From assembly GCA_032718475.1 (NCBI GenBank), contig JAUCBJ010004507.1, forward strand, positions 1 through 64,000: 64,000 bases of DNA. The letters run 5' to 3'. The stretch comes from Nemertoderma westbladi. Its lineage: Eukaryota; Animalia; Xenacoelomorpha. Positions 1 through 11,797 of the stretch are shown piece after piece. How positions within the stretch are numbered: position 1 is the stretch's first letter; every line of letters begins with the position of its first letter. The notes below the pieces were generated by a model. That model was given only the letters and a program-made list of their open reading frames with translations. It did not search any database and was not told the origin of the DNA. The translations under genes were made by a program, and so were the position numbers.

Positions 1-540
1 TGCACTGTGTGACCAAGAGCCACTCTGTGTCGATCTGCGAATAATATCACTCAAACTCGATCACACTGAGACATTCAAGACATACATCCAAACCGCGACT
101 GACAAACTCGCCGAGATTCCACTGGAATTCTGGGATTCTATTGGGTTCAGTGACCGATCATGGACCCAATGTAGTCAACCGATGCGCCATGTAGTCACTC
201 GATTTAGTTGCACGGTTTTCACCACCACATATGTAGAACTCAAGGATTCCACCAGTTAGATGAAGGCTGCTGTTGTCGTTTGTGTGGGGAACCAGCCACT
301 TATTACCAACTGATCCACTGCCACCGGAACAAAAGCTCATTGTCACACTCGGACTCGCTATAGCTTTTTAAAACTATTTATATTAACTCAATTGTAACAA
401 TTATTTATTATTATGTGGATGTGCTATGTATGTGCGTTTTATATCTTCCCGTATTTTTCGTCTTAACATTTATTTTATTGTGTTGTGGCTTAACCCTAAA
501 ACCGTGCCACTACCATGGCTTCATCCTGATTATATATATA
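1..540 (+). mobile_element. 3' end of a degenerate APE-RT LINE, same family as the LINE at 2535-10223
   Basis: Manual translation from nt 2 gives ALCD...KLAEIPLEFWDSIGFSDRSWTQCSQPMRHVVTRFS, then after a frameshift near nt 209 HGFHHHICRTQGFHQLDEGCCCRLCGEPATYYQLIHC...SL* (stop 361-363). This is colinear with the C-terminus of ORF 8777-10108 (KLEIPVEFWNS...RHVTTRVSIHGFHHKIC...CMLCGNPAPLYHLLKC). An AT-rich 3' UTR and a small hairpin (506-519) follow. Confidence 0.85.
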
Positions 541-914
541 AATTTAAGAAATATGATAAAGATTTGTAGAAAAATACAATTCAAAAAGAAGATGGGGGGT
601 CATCAGGAAATTACGGGTCAGAGTAAAACGCGGATCCGGATCAGGATCCGGATTCTATCATTTAACATTGTCCCTATGGAAGTCGACTGAATTAACATTT
701 TTCGGGTGTAATCTGCGGATCCGCGCACTGCTAAATTTACCGAATCCGTAACCGAGTGTAAAATGCGGATTGGCCTTTTTTTCAGATCCGGAAAGGAGTG
801 TAAAGCGCGGATTCATGTTTTAGGGTAAATCCTGATCGGAGTGTAAAACGCGGATTCATATTTCTACTGAATCCGGGATTGGGTGTAAAATACGGATTCA
901 GGTTTATTACAAAG

Positions 915-2534
915 TTTTATTGGATCCGGGTAGGGGTGTAAAACACGGATTTACGTTAATTACCAAGTTTTATTGGATCCGGAATGGAGTGTAAAACACG
1001 GATTTACGTTAATTACCAATTTTTATTGGATCCGGAATGGAGTGTAAAACATGGATTTACGTTAATTACCAAGTTTTGTTGGATCCGGAATGGAGTGTAA
1101 AACACGGATTTACGTTAATTACCAAGTTTTATTGGATTCGGAATGGAGTGTAAAACACGGATTTACGTTAATTAATTACCAAGTTTTATTGGATCCGGAA
1201 TGGAGTGTAAAACACGGATTTTCGTTAATTACCAAGTTTTGTTGGATCCGGAATGGAGTGTAAAACACGGATTTACGTTAATTAATTACCAAGTTTTATT
1301 GGATTCGGAATGGAGTGTAAAACACGGATTTACGTTAATTAATTTCCAAGTGTTATTGGATCCGGAATGGAGTGTAAAACACGGATTTACGTTAATTACT
1401 AAGTTTTATTGGATCCGGAATGGAGTGTATAACACGGATTTACGTTAATTACCAATTTTATTGGATCCGGAATGGAGTGTAAAACACGGATTTACGTTAA
1501 TTACCAAGTTTTGTTGGATCCGGAATGGAGTGTAAAACACGGATTTACGTTAATACCAATTTTTATTGGATCCGGAATGGAGTGTAAAACACGGATTTAC
1601 GTTAATTACCAAGTTTTATTGGATTCGGAATGGAGTGTAAAACACGGATTTACGTTAATTAATTACCAAGTTTTATTGGATCCGGAATGGAGTGTAAAAC
1701 ACGGATTTACGTTAATTACTAAGTTTTATTGGATCCGGAATGGAGTGTATAACACGGATTTACGTTAATTACCAATTTTATTGGATCCGGAATGGAGTGT
1801 AAAACACGGATTTACGTTAATTACCAAGTTTTGTTGGATCCGGAATGGAGTGTAAAACACGGATTTACGTTAATACCAATTTTTATTGGATCCGGAATGG
1901 AGTGTAAAACACGGATTTACGTTAATTACGGTACCAAGTTTTGTTGGATCCGGAATGGAGTGTAAAACACGGATTTACGTTAATACCAATTTTTATTGGA
2001 TCCGGAATGGAGTGTAAAACACGGATTTACGTTAATTACCAAGTTTTATTGGATTCGGAATGGAGTGTAAAACACGGATTTACGTTAATTAATTACCAAG
2101 TTTTATTGGATCCGGAATGGAGTGTAAAACACGGATTTACGTTAATACCAATTTTTATTGGATCCGGAATGGAGTGTAAAACACGGATTTACGTTAATTA
2201 CCAAGTTTTATTGGATTCGGAATGGAGTGTAAAACACGGATTTACGTTAATTAATTACCAATTTTTATTGGATCCGGAATGGAGTGTAAAACACGGATTT
2301 ACGTTAATTACCAAGTTTTGTTGAATCTGGAATGGAGTGTAAAACACGGATTTACGTTAATACCAATTTTTATTGGATCCGGAATGGAGTGTAAAACACG
2401 GATTTACGTTAATTCCCAATTTTTATTGGATCCGGAATGGAGTGTAAAACACGGATTTACATTAATTACCAAGTTTTATTGGATCCGGAATGGAGTGTAA
2501 ATCACGGATTAACGTTAATTACCAAGTTTTATTG
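915..2534 (+). repeat. 53-bp tandem array, left arm of the foldback element (resumes at 10224-10375 after the LINE insertion)
   Basis: Unit TTATTGGATCCGGAATGGAGTGTAAAACACGGATTTACGTTAATTACCAAGTT. GGATCC recurs at 975, 1028 and 1081; 52- and 57-bp variants occur. Confidence 0.95.
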
Positions 2535-2577
2535 ACTACGACCTTTTATCGACCCTACCACGAGTAGTGATGAATTA

Positions 2578-2841
2578 GTGGATGGGGTGTATACTGCAAT
2601 CGAATCTATACCAGCTGGCTACAACGGTCCCATTATATTGGGCGGTGATTTCAACGCTAGATTGGATACCCAGAACTGTAAAGCGGAGTGTCTACAATAT
2701 CTCATGGAAGAATGTGTATATGGTCTGGAAATACAGAACGATTTAACCCAACCTACCTATTATTGTCACAACGGATCGAGTCTGATAGATTTAATATTCT
2801 CAAATCAGAAGGTTACTTCAATAGATTACCATATAAATGGA
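2578..2841 (+). pseudogene. Outer LINE ORF2, APE endonuclease fragment
   Basis: IILGGDFNA and PTYYCHNGSSLIDLIFSN motifs. It is cut at ~2841 by the poly-T tail of the inner LINE and continues at ~7971 (IRRKHVPL, the position of the SDH motif). Confidence 0.85.
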
Positions 2842-3192
2842 TTTTTTTTATTTAAAGCTCGGTTTACGCCCCGGCAGGCTATATTGATAAAATTATAGGG
2901 TGATAACTGTTAAAAACATAAGTTTAAAACGCACGGTATATAGGTTAAGTAAAATACGCAATTACAGTAAAATGGTGAGGTCTAAAAATCGCACCGTAAA
3001 TATATAACTGATAATGTCAGATTTAAATTATGTTTGATGAAATGACATTAATGAATATGATATAATAAATATAATAAACTGAGGAGACAGTATTTTACAA
3101 TCAATTATTTTAAATTAGAGAATGGAAGGGTGAAATTATATTATTATCATGATTATGATATTTATATACATAAGATACAGTATGTTAATGAT

Positions 3193-4731
3193 TTATCTTG
3201 AAAGATCAAGATAGTTTTGAACTAATTCAATACGGGTACGGGCATGTTGGTCAACCTTATTAAGAAGGGCGTTGCAATAGGCTAGAGTGAAGTTTTCCCC
3301 TGGTGTCATATTTTGGCATGAAGACTTCTCAGCCATTTTTACGCACTGCCTTATTGAGAACTCGTGGATGGCTAAAGAGCATAGACTTGGAAAGTCGTAG
3401 ATCCATGCTCCTTCGACATACGATTTGAAAAGTGCACTACTACGGCCGCTACAATGTTCACATAAAATATTTGTGAATAGGTAGGTTATCTTCCTGTTGC
3501 CGGAGTTGAATAATTGGTTGATCAATCTCAGTTGTTTCGCCCTTAGATATAGTTCGGTGTCGACTTCGAAAAGTCCATAAAGTACTTTAGTTGGAAGACG
3601 ATTATCTTGTCGAGCTATTGACCTCATTGCCTTTCTGCAGGTTTTGCTGACATTAGAAATCGTTTCAGTAGATAATGTGGCAGCGCCATATGATATGCTC
3701 GGTAGGCAGACGGCTCGCCATATCAGACTTGTTATGTCTAGTGATGCTTCATCTACTGCTAGACCGCGGTGATTTAGTTGGGAGACATTCTGCCATACTT
3801 TTGCTTTAACAATGTTCTCCATCTTATGGGGTTCTGCTGGCAGTGGCAGCCCCATATACATGCAGGATGCTTCTGAACGTAGAGTTAAAATTTCTGATTC
3901 CAGATAATCATGTGTGTTTGATTTTCCATTTGTTTCTATAGACAAGAAATGGCATTTCTTTGTATTCAGTAGCACGTTGTGGTCCTCAAAGTATTTCGAT
4001 GCCTTTTCCATTATTGCAGTCAGGTCTGGTTTAATGTTCGCCAACAGGATAATGTCATCAGCATAGCTTATTATGCTATATGATTCTGTACCTATATGTG
4101 ATCCAAGTTCCGAAGAGCTAATGTCCCTAATTAAATCATATAGGTAAAAGTTGAAGAGGAGCGGAGATAGGACGCCACCTTGCCGGACCCCCTGTTGTAA
4201 ACTAGAATTGTCGGTAAAGAGATAACCGCAACTTTTTAGGTAGGCATTCGAGTTGTTGTAGTACATTTCAAGTGCATCAATGACTGTAGTACAGGCACCG
4301 GCAGATCGTATTTTCCTGAATAGTTTTGGGTATGATACAGTGTCGAATGCAGAGGATAAGTCAAGGCTTAAAATGTACATCTGCGAATTGCTGCTTGTGA
4401 ATTTGTTGATGATGCTGGTTACAGATTGATGTGCCATTTCTGACCCAATTTTTGGTCTGTACCCGAATTGCAGATCATGGGCTTGCAGTGCAGAAAGTTC
4501 GCTTAGTAGTGAGATTTCCCACAGCTTTGCGATTGTCACTATGACGCTTATATTACATACTGAAATCGGTTGTGGAACAATTGTCTTGCGTTTTTGAGGT
4601 TTTGGAACAGGAGTGGTGATGCTTGTAGTAAACGCGATTGGGCAGATACCATCTCTGTTTATTTTGTTGAATAAATTTGCGATGAAATCATGCAAAGCGT
4701 CTTGAAGAAGCGTGTAACAGTGTTTCTGCAT
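3193..4731 (-). pseudogene. Inner LINE ORF2, reverse transcriptase part (frameshifted from the APE part near 4700)
   Basis: QFGYRP, SLDLSSAFDTV, GVRQGGVLSPLLFNFY and SYADDIILLA motifs. Confidence 0.93.
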
Positions 4732-6154
4732 TCAGATTGAAAATATCACTGGCTTTTCCTCTATTAAGCTTGTTTATATATGCTTCAATCTGTTCTGGGG
4801 TGACATCTTGCGGTTGCGCTGGTGTACCTGTTTCTGTGATAGGATTGGCATCATTGTCAGTGTCATCTCTTCCTGTTTTGAAGTGCTGTACTGTTTTTCT
4901 GTAAATTTGTGAGAGCTGGTTTTTGGTGTAAATTTGTTTGTGGTCCTTTGGTTTTACTTTCCGCCAGAATTGTTTTGTGTTCCTTTTGTATGTGTCGACT
5001 AATGATCTTATATGATCTCCGTATGATCTTTTCAAGAACTTTGTTGTGTTTATTGTGTGTTTCACATGTTTTTTGTATTTTACATAAGAATGTGGAATAT
5101 TTTGAGTTGCTGCCTCAGTGATTATAGTTATAAGCGAATCTGTCTTCTCATCCACTGACTGATTTCCATTACTGATGAGAGTAAGTTCGGCTCCTATTTG
5201 TTCCTTGTAGTGCAGGATTTGGGTTTCAGTCGCACTTCGAAAATGATATCTGATCTCCTTAGCTTTTTTTCGATTTGGTAACGCTTCACTTTTCTCAATG
5301 AGCCTCTCAAGTAATAGGTTAGCCATCACTGGTCTGTGATCAGACATGTTGTGCTTATCTTCCCTCAGGACCTTTGTGTGCATTATCTTGCCTGCCCAGG
5401 TATTCGGAATATTGATTAGATCTATATAACTTGTCCGTATTATGTCTCCTTCCTTGTCTTTAAAGCTATACGTATGTTTTGCTCCATGGCCGCAGTGACT
5501 AAGATCAGCTGCTGTGAGGTTGTATTTCCTCATAATGTTATTTTCAAATATTTTCCCGAAATCTGAAGGTTTATCTTCACCTCTTGGATGCATCTCACTG
5601 TTAAAGCTTAGAGTGCCATTTATGTCACCAAGAACAATTGTAGGTATATTAATGCTTATACATTCTTCTAATAGTGCTGATAAGTTGCCAGTTTCCATAA
5701 GATATAGTTCTTTATCTTCTGTTCTTTTGCAATCGGCAGGCATGTATATGTTTATTATGGCAAAATCATTCATGGTGAGATTTCGTACAATTGCCCCAGA
5801 TATACGGTCTGAGTTGCAGGTAAGTGGTGCACAATTTTGAGATATATTATCCCTGATAAAGATTGCAGTCCCTCCTTCCCCACGAGCACGTTTTTTGTCT
5901 TTGAACATTTCTTTTGATATTGTATGTGATATACAAGTATATTCGTCATGTAGCCCAGTTTCATAAAAATAGAAGTTGGCCTCTCGAGCACCCAGCCAGT
6001 GCTCCTGTATAGCTAGTAAGTCAGGTTTATGTTCATTACATATTTTCACTAAAAAGTGTATGTTCCTTGTATAACCTTTGCAGTTAAATGTTTCCATTTT
6101 GAGTTTCATTTTATCCTGTTCCTTTCCATCAATTGGTTTGGAGGCTTTTGGCAT
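4688..6154 (-). pseudogene. Inner LINE ORF2, APE endonuclease and linker
   Basis: TFNCKG, LLAIQEHWL, GEGGTAIFIR, IINIYMP, VLGDING, YIDLI and MSDHRPV motifs. It ends KASDIFNLNAETLLH, the start of the RT region, before a frameshift. Confidence 0.93.
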
Positions 6155-6194
6155 TGGGATTTCGTTCTTAAGATTGGATAGTGTTGTAAGTGAT

Positions 6195-7970
6195 TTAAAA
6201 GCGGTATCTTCGTTCCGGATGGGTAATGTTCTTCAGGTGCAATGATATGTATCTCGGATTTGTCTGAATCATGTCTTCTTGGTGGAGGTTTATTTGTTCA
6301 AGCCAGTAATAGTCATCATTGAATGTTTCTGGTTTGACTGTGGTTTTATTTGTCTTGCTACCACTTGTTTTATCTTGGTTATGGTTTATATATTCAAGCC
6401 AGTAGAATTGGTCTTTCAGATTATTTATTTGGTGAATATTGAAGTTAGAACTGCCATGTAGTTTTGCTGATTTACTGCTTGGGGAGATTATGGTTGCGAC
6501 TCTGGCTCCTTTTGGCCACAGGTCGGGTTTTTGGAAAGCAACCCGATGTACTGCCTTGATGGTGACTTTAGCTTCCTTTTCTGTTCCCCTTTGACCCATT
6601 ATTGTAATGTTTATCGGCCTGTAGCCTGTTTGCTTGTAGCAAAATTGAGATAAAGCAGTCGTAGAAGTGGTTGGAGGAAGACCATTTATTTGGAGAGTAA
6701 TGGTTTCTGTTGTATTTCCTTTGGGTAGTTCGTTAGACTTACTTTTTGGTAGGTATGTATTTGGTTTAGATCCAGTGGGTAATTTGATCTTATCATAACA
6801 TGGTTGTATTGTTTGTTCTTCTAGTATCTTATGTAGGAGGGAATTTTGTTGTACTATCAGTTTCTCTATGGCTTTGGCATCATCTAAGGCACTGTAACGA
6901 TTTGCTTCTACTGAAGATGGAAGTATAGTTGAGCTAGATTCCTTTTTAGGTGATTTGCGAGAGTTATTTTTATTTGTTACTTCTTGCCATGTCGAGGAGG
7001 AATTTTGAAGTACTTGTTCTATCGTATCTGGGTTAGATACTGATATACTGCTGTCATTTTTTATTTCATCGTGGTAATCATCTTCACTGCTAGTGTCATC
7101 GGATGATAGAATGCTAGGTGATGTAGAGTTTGTATGCTCATTCTTTATGTGTTTTGGAAGTTTTTTCTTCTTCTTTGTTTTTTTCTTATGTTTCAATGGT
7201 GAGCTTTGTTTTGTTGCATTGGTTTTATTGGTAGAAATTAAGATATTGACTTGCTTCTCAAGGTTTTGGATTGTGTTGCTGTGCGTTTTGCATTGCGTAG
7301 ATAGTGTTTTTACTTCAATCTGCAACGTGGTAACCAAGTTTATTAGCTCCATCAGTCCATAAGCGTCAGTACTGCTTGAGTTTATACGTTTTTTGAAAGT
7401 GTGGGTTAGTGCCTTGGACTCAAAAACAATTGCAAATTCTGCTACATCGGCTGCAAGCTCGTCTATTGATTTTCTGTTAATTGTTGTGCATTTGAGGCCA
7501 GCCTTTTCACCTATAATATTGGTCAGGATTTCTTTAAATAGTTCACGTTGGATCTTAAGAAGGAAATCAAAACCAAGTTCCTTTATTGTGCATATAAGGT
7601 CGTCTTTAGGGTTCTGTAAAAGGCGTGTTGAGCGGAGTGCTGCTACAAATGCACTTGCATCGTCTTTTCTTCTTAGATGATCAAGTAGAGGACGGCCAGT
7701 TAGTCTGCTGTTGGCATCCTGGTTATTCATTTTTAGATCATTACTTGTTGCTCCTATTTCATTACTTTTGTTATTTAATTTGATTAGTTTGACGGACTCA
7801 AGGCATGATTTTATCCAGTCTCTGCTCTTCTGGCTTTGGTTATGTATGTGATTAATGTCCTTGGAAGATTGTGCTATTGCGAGTGCATATAGGCACACAT
7901 AAATTCCACAATCGTGGCCATTTTGCTGTTTAGGAGACACTTGTGGAGGATCTGTTACTGCCCACGGTGC
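6195..7970 (-). CDS. Inner LINE ORF1 (5'-truncated): Ulp1/C48 protease C-terminal fragment, coiled coil, low-complexity linker, RRM-like domain
   Basis: PKQQNGHDCGIYVCLYA...SRDWI matches the Ulp1 catalytic-Cys motif. A heptad stretch LVTTLQIEVKTLSTQC...LEKQVNIL follows. TLQINGLPPTT...FQKPDLWPKGARV is typical of LINE ORF1 RRM-like regions. The ORF-track start at 8033 reads through into the host LINE. Confidence 0.75.
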   Translation of the reverse strand, partial: APWAVTDPPQVSPKQQNGHDCGIYVCLYALAIAQSSKDINHIHNQSQKSRDWIKSCLESVKLIKLNNKSNEIGATSNDLKMNNQDANSRLTGRPLLDHLRRKDDASAFVAALRSTRLLQNPKDDLICTIKELGFDFLLKIQRELFKEILTNIIGEKAGLKCTTINRKSIDELAADVAEFAIVFESKALTHTFKKRINSSSTDAYGLMELINLVTTLQIEVKTLSTQCKTHSNTIQNLEKQVNILISTNKTNATKQSSPLKHKKKTKKKKKLPKHIKNEHTNSTSPSILSSDDTSSEDDYHDEIKNDSSISVSNPDTIEQVLQNSSSTWQEVTNKNNSRKSPKKESSSTILPSSVEANRYSALDDAKAIEKLIVQQNSLLHKILEEQTIQPCYDKIKLPTGSKPNTYLPKSKSNELPKGNTTETITLQINGLPPTTSTTALSQFCYKQTGYRPINITIMGQRGTEKEAKVTIKAVHRVAFQKPDLWPKGARVATIISPSSKSAKLHGSSNFNIHQINNLKDQFYWLEYINHNQDKTSGSKTNKTTVKPETFNDDYYWLEQINLHQEDMIQTNPRYISLHLKNITHPERRYRF

Positions 7971-10108
7971 ATCAGAAGGAAACACGTACCACTTAGAATG
8001 GGTTGGGAACTGACCCGCATCAACGACCAACAAAACCTACCTAAGGGAAATGTCCAAAGGAAAACAAAGCGAGAACTCGACTTGGAAAATCTTGAAGTGG
8101 ACCCCAGGTTGTCCCAAGCGTTTAACTTCTTGTCGGAGTTCGATCAGGATATAGTACACAAATATTGCCGATGCAATTAAAGATTCGGTGGTACCTCTTA
8201 AAGTTACAGCGAAATTAAATCCCTGGTTTGATGCGGAATGTTTTAACCGACGACGGGAAGTAATAATGCTCCATCATAGGGCCAAAGTTGATCCCGCCCA
8301 ACGCGAATTCCTGTGCATATCGAAACGATCATATAAACTCCTATTAAAGGGTAAACAAGCAGCCTACGTCAAAATACAAGAGGAAAAACTGATCGCTAAT
8401 GCGGAATCCGAACCATACGAATGGTGGCAGAAACGCGGACCGGAACCCCCTTGCCCAGTCCCATTAGAAAGGTGGGAGAGACATTTTAGTGACCTCCTTT
8501 CTGACTCGACTGCCGACACACCCAGTCGAAATCTATCGCAGTCCGTGCCAGATGACAATGGCGGCGATCTTCCGTATAACGCTCCCTTTACCCCCGAGGA
8601 AGTAGAGGAAGAGTTTCGAAAGAAACCGAACTGGAAGTCTGGGGGACCCGATCTCCTCCCGTATGAACTCCTGAAGGCCGCATGCCCATTAACTCTTTAC
8701 TTTTGGGTAACACTATTTAATATATGTTTCATTTCAAGGATCTCGCAATGAACCGGACAATTATCGAGGCATAGCATTGTTGTGCAATGCATACAAGGTT
8801 CTAACTGGCCTCGTAGCTCGCCGCCTACGCACCGCCTTCCGACACAAGATACCCATAGAACAATTCGGATTCCTGCCGGGAAAATCTACAGCGCAACCAA
8901 TCCAGCAATTACTCAAGGATATAAACTATAACCTAAACCAACCCAGGAGACCTATCTATGCATGCTTTGTAGACTTCAGGAAAGCGTTCGATTCCATTCC
9001 AAGATCCAAACTCATCGATAAACTGCAGCGATTATTTGGGCTGAAAGGACGCATGCTGAGGTTTATACAACTTTTACTCTCTACGAATTATATTCAAGTA
9101 TTCGATGGGTTGCGGAAGACGAAACCTATAAGTCAGCTGATCGGTCTATTACAAGGAGATACACTGAGTCCTTATCTATTTATATTATATATCGCTGATC
9201 TTGTGGACGCACTCAAACGGGCTGCTACTTTAGTAATTCTATTGTTTGCAGACGACTTACTATTTTACTCACGCACTAGAGACGGTCTGCAGGCCGGGCT
9301 CGATGCTCTATCGGAGTGGGCAGCTCTGAACGGACTACAGGTGAATCTTAAGAAAACGGCCGTGATAAAGTTTCGACGGGGTGGACAACTATGTAAAACA
9401 GATAAGTTCGATTACAATGGGCAACCTGTAGAAATTCGAAATGCATACACTTATTTAGGCGTCACCTTCCAAACAACATTATCATTTTCGAAACACATTT
9501 CAAATATCTGCTGCAAATCTATAATATCTATACATAGTATAAATAACCCGCGTTTACTATCCCTGGCAACAGCTATTAAAGTCTTCAATATCAAGATTCG
9601 ACCCACGGTAACTTATAATTTTCATTTACTTTGGCCGCATTTGAGTACAACAAACCTTCATACAACCGACAGAGTGAAAACGAATTTCCTAAAGAAAACC
9701 CTCGGTCTGCATAAAAGTTCTCGGAATCGCCTGGTGATAGCGCTATGCGGAGTAAAGACCTTTGTTGAAGACATCGTTCTGCAACTGAGTTTAAACGATA
9801 CGGATGCCCTCCGGAAATACCGTACGGATATCGCCACAAAGAAGCTGGAAATACCGGTCGAATTCTGGAACAGTCCTGCATTCCAGAACCGGACGTGGAC
9901 AGAACCATACCAAACCGGTCGACATGTTACTACCAGGGTATCTATCCACGGATTCCACCATAAAATCTGTGCGATATCGAAATTCCACACCCCTAACCCA
10001 GAGAACTGGGTGTGTATGCTGTGCGGAAACCCAGCCCCACTCTACCACTTACTGAAATGTCAAAAAAACACGAAATCGTTAACTTCATGGGCCACTGATG
10101 ATAATTAG
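7971..10108 (+). pseudogene. Outer LINE ORF2 remainder (end of APE, linker, RT, Cys/His C-terminal domain), frameshifted
   Basis: ORF pieces to 8180, 8188-8751 (PWFDAEC, KSGGPD) and 8777-10108 (preceded in frame by PDNYRGIAL; QFGF, CFVDFRKAFD, GLLQGDTLSP, LLFADD, YTYLG, HGFHHKIC...CxxC...HxxxC). There is an apparent small deletion near 8750. Confidence 0.92.
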
Positions 10109-10459
10109 TCTACATTTTAACTCATTTTATATAATTTATTGCTATTTTTACTCACTGTGTTTTATTGTTCATAAATTGTTATTCTACCTATAATGCCAGT
10201 ACCCCGGCGAAATTAAATTGATATTATTGGATCCGGAATGGAGTGTAAAACACGGATTTACGTTAATTACCAAGTTTTAATGGATCCGGGAATGGGTGTA
10301 AAACGCGGATTCTAGTTAATTACAAAGTTTTATTGGATCCGGGAAGGGGTGTAAAACGCGGATACAAGTTAATTAGTAAGTTTAAATGAACAATTTGTAA
10401 AACGCATATGCAATAAAGACCCAGACCCTCATCCAGTTACAATTATGTAATTACAATTT

Positions 10460-11472
10460 TGTAATTAACGTAAATACGTGTTTTACACTCCATTCCGGAT
10501 CCAACAAAACTTGGTAATTCACGAAAATCCGTGTTTTACACTCAATTCCGGATCCAATAAAAATTGGTAATTAACTTAAATCCGTGTTTTACACTCCATT
10601 CCGGATCCAACAAAACTTGGTGATTCACGAAAATCCGTGTTTTACACTCAATTCCGGATCCAATAAAAATTGGTAATTAACTTAAATCCGTGTTCTGCAC
10701 TCCATTCCGGATCCAATAAAAATTGGTAATTAACGCAAATCCGTGTTTTACACTCCATTCCGGATCCAACAAAACTTGGTAATTAACGAAAACCCGTGTT
10801 TTACACTCCATTCCGGATCCAATAAAACTTGGTGATTAACGAAAATCAGTGTTTTACACTCCATTCCGGATCCAACAAAACTTGGTAATTCACGAAAATC
10901 CGTGTTTTACACTCCATTCCGGATCCAATAAAACTTGGTAATTAACGAAAATCCGTGTTTTACACTCCATTCCGGATCCAACAAAACTTGGTAATTCACG
11001 AAAATCCGTGTTTTACACTCCATTTCGGATCCAATAAAAATTGGTAATTAACGTAAATCCGTGTTTTACACTCCATTCCGGATCCAATTAAAATTGGTAA
11101 TTAACGTAAATCCGTGTTTTACACTCCATTCCGGATCCAACAAAACTTGGTAATTAACGAAAATCCGTGTTTTACACTCCATTCCGGATCCAATAAAACT
11201 TGGTAATTAAACGTAAATCCGTGTTTTACACTCCATTTCGGATCCAATAAAACTTGGTAATTAATTAACGTAAATCCGTGTTTTACACTCCATTCCGGAT
11301 CCAATAAAACTTGGTAATTAACTTAAATCCGTGTTTTACACTCCATTCCGGATCCAACAAAACTTGGTAATTAACGAAAATCCGTGTTTTACACTCCATT
11401 CCGGATCCAACAAAACTTGGTAATTAACGAAAATCCGTGTTTTACACCCCTTCCCGGATCCAATAAAACTTC
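10460..11472 (-). repeat. 53-bp tandem array, right (inverted) arm of the foldback element
   Basis: Reverse complement of the left-arm unit (AATCCGTGTTTTACACTCCATTCCGGATCCAATAAAACTTGGTAATTAACG...). The arm continues at 11798-12011. Confidence 0.95.
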
Positions 11473-11797
11473 TCACGCCCTTCGATGTCCTGCCTGTCCT
11501 AGCCTAAATTCGTTGGCTGCATGAGTTTTATATATGTATCCGTTTTGCACGATATTTTAGAATTATTTTTATCAACGAGTTGTTTATATTTAATTTAATA
11601 ATAATAAATTGTTTTATTCACACATTGAACCAAAGTAATACTGTACATATGTAAAATATTATGAAATATGTTTCATAGAGTAGCCTATCGTATTTCAATA
11701 TCATTGTTTAATAGTTGCGTTTATCACCAGTGCAATAAGATGAAATCCGATAAATATATTTACCCCGGTATGGGGGTGTTGATTGTCTTTAAAAAAA
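11473..11797 (+). mobile_element. Extremely 5'-truncated LINE copy (last codons, 3' UTR and poly-A)
   Basis: 11-bp TSD AATAAAACTTC at 11462-11472 and 11798-11808, with an A-run at 11791-11797. The 5' end reads HALRCPACPSLNSLAA*, resembling the outer LINE C-terminus HLLKCQKNTKSLTSWA. Confidence 0.75.

Larger units (their letters stand above)
2842..7970 (-). mobile_element. Inner two-ORF APE-RT LINE (RTEX/Proto2/L2-like; clade tentative), antisense within the outer LINE, 5'-truncated within ORF1
   Basis: Poly(A) tail seen as a T-run at 2842-2849, 3' UTR to 3192, then RT, APE and ORF1 colinear on the minus strand. The 5' junction is approximate (7968-7973) and no clear TSD was seen. Confidence 0.85.
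2535..10223 (+). mobile_element. 5'-truncated APE-RT non-LTR retrotransposon (outer LINE), inserted in the foldback arm and interrupted by a second LINE
   Basis: The host repeat breaks after TTATTG (2529-2534) and resumes with TTATTG (10224-10229), a probable 6-bp TSD. It carries APE, RT and a Cys/His C-terminus in broken frames. Confidence 0.85.

Noticed and set aside
1200-2500. Short repetitive ORFs (MECKTRI...)
   Set aside because: Translations of the 53-bp foldback repeat.
7971-8033. N-terminus of ORF 6195-8033 as a real start
   Set aside because: This stretch is the antisense of the outer LINE's APE end (RRKHVPL), so the inner ORF1 is 5'-truncated.
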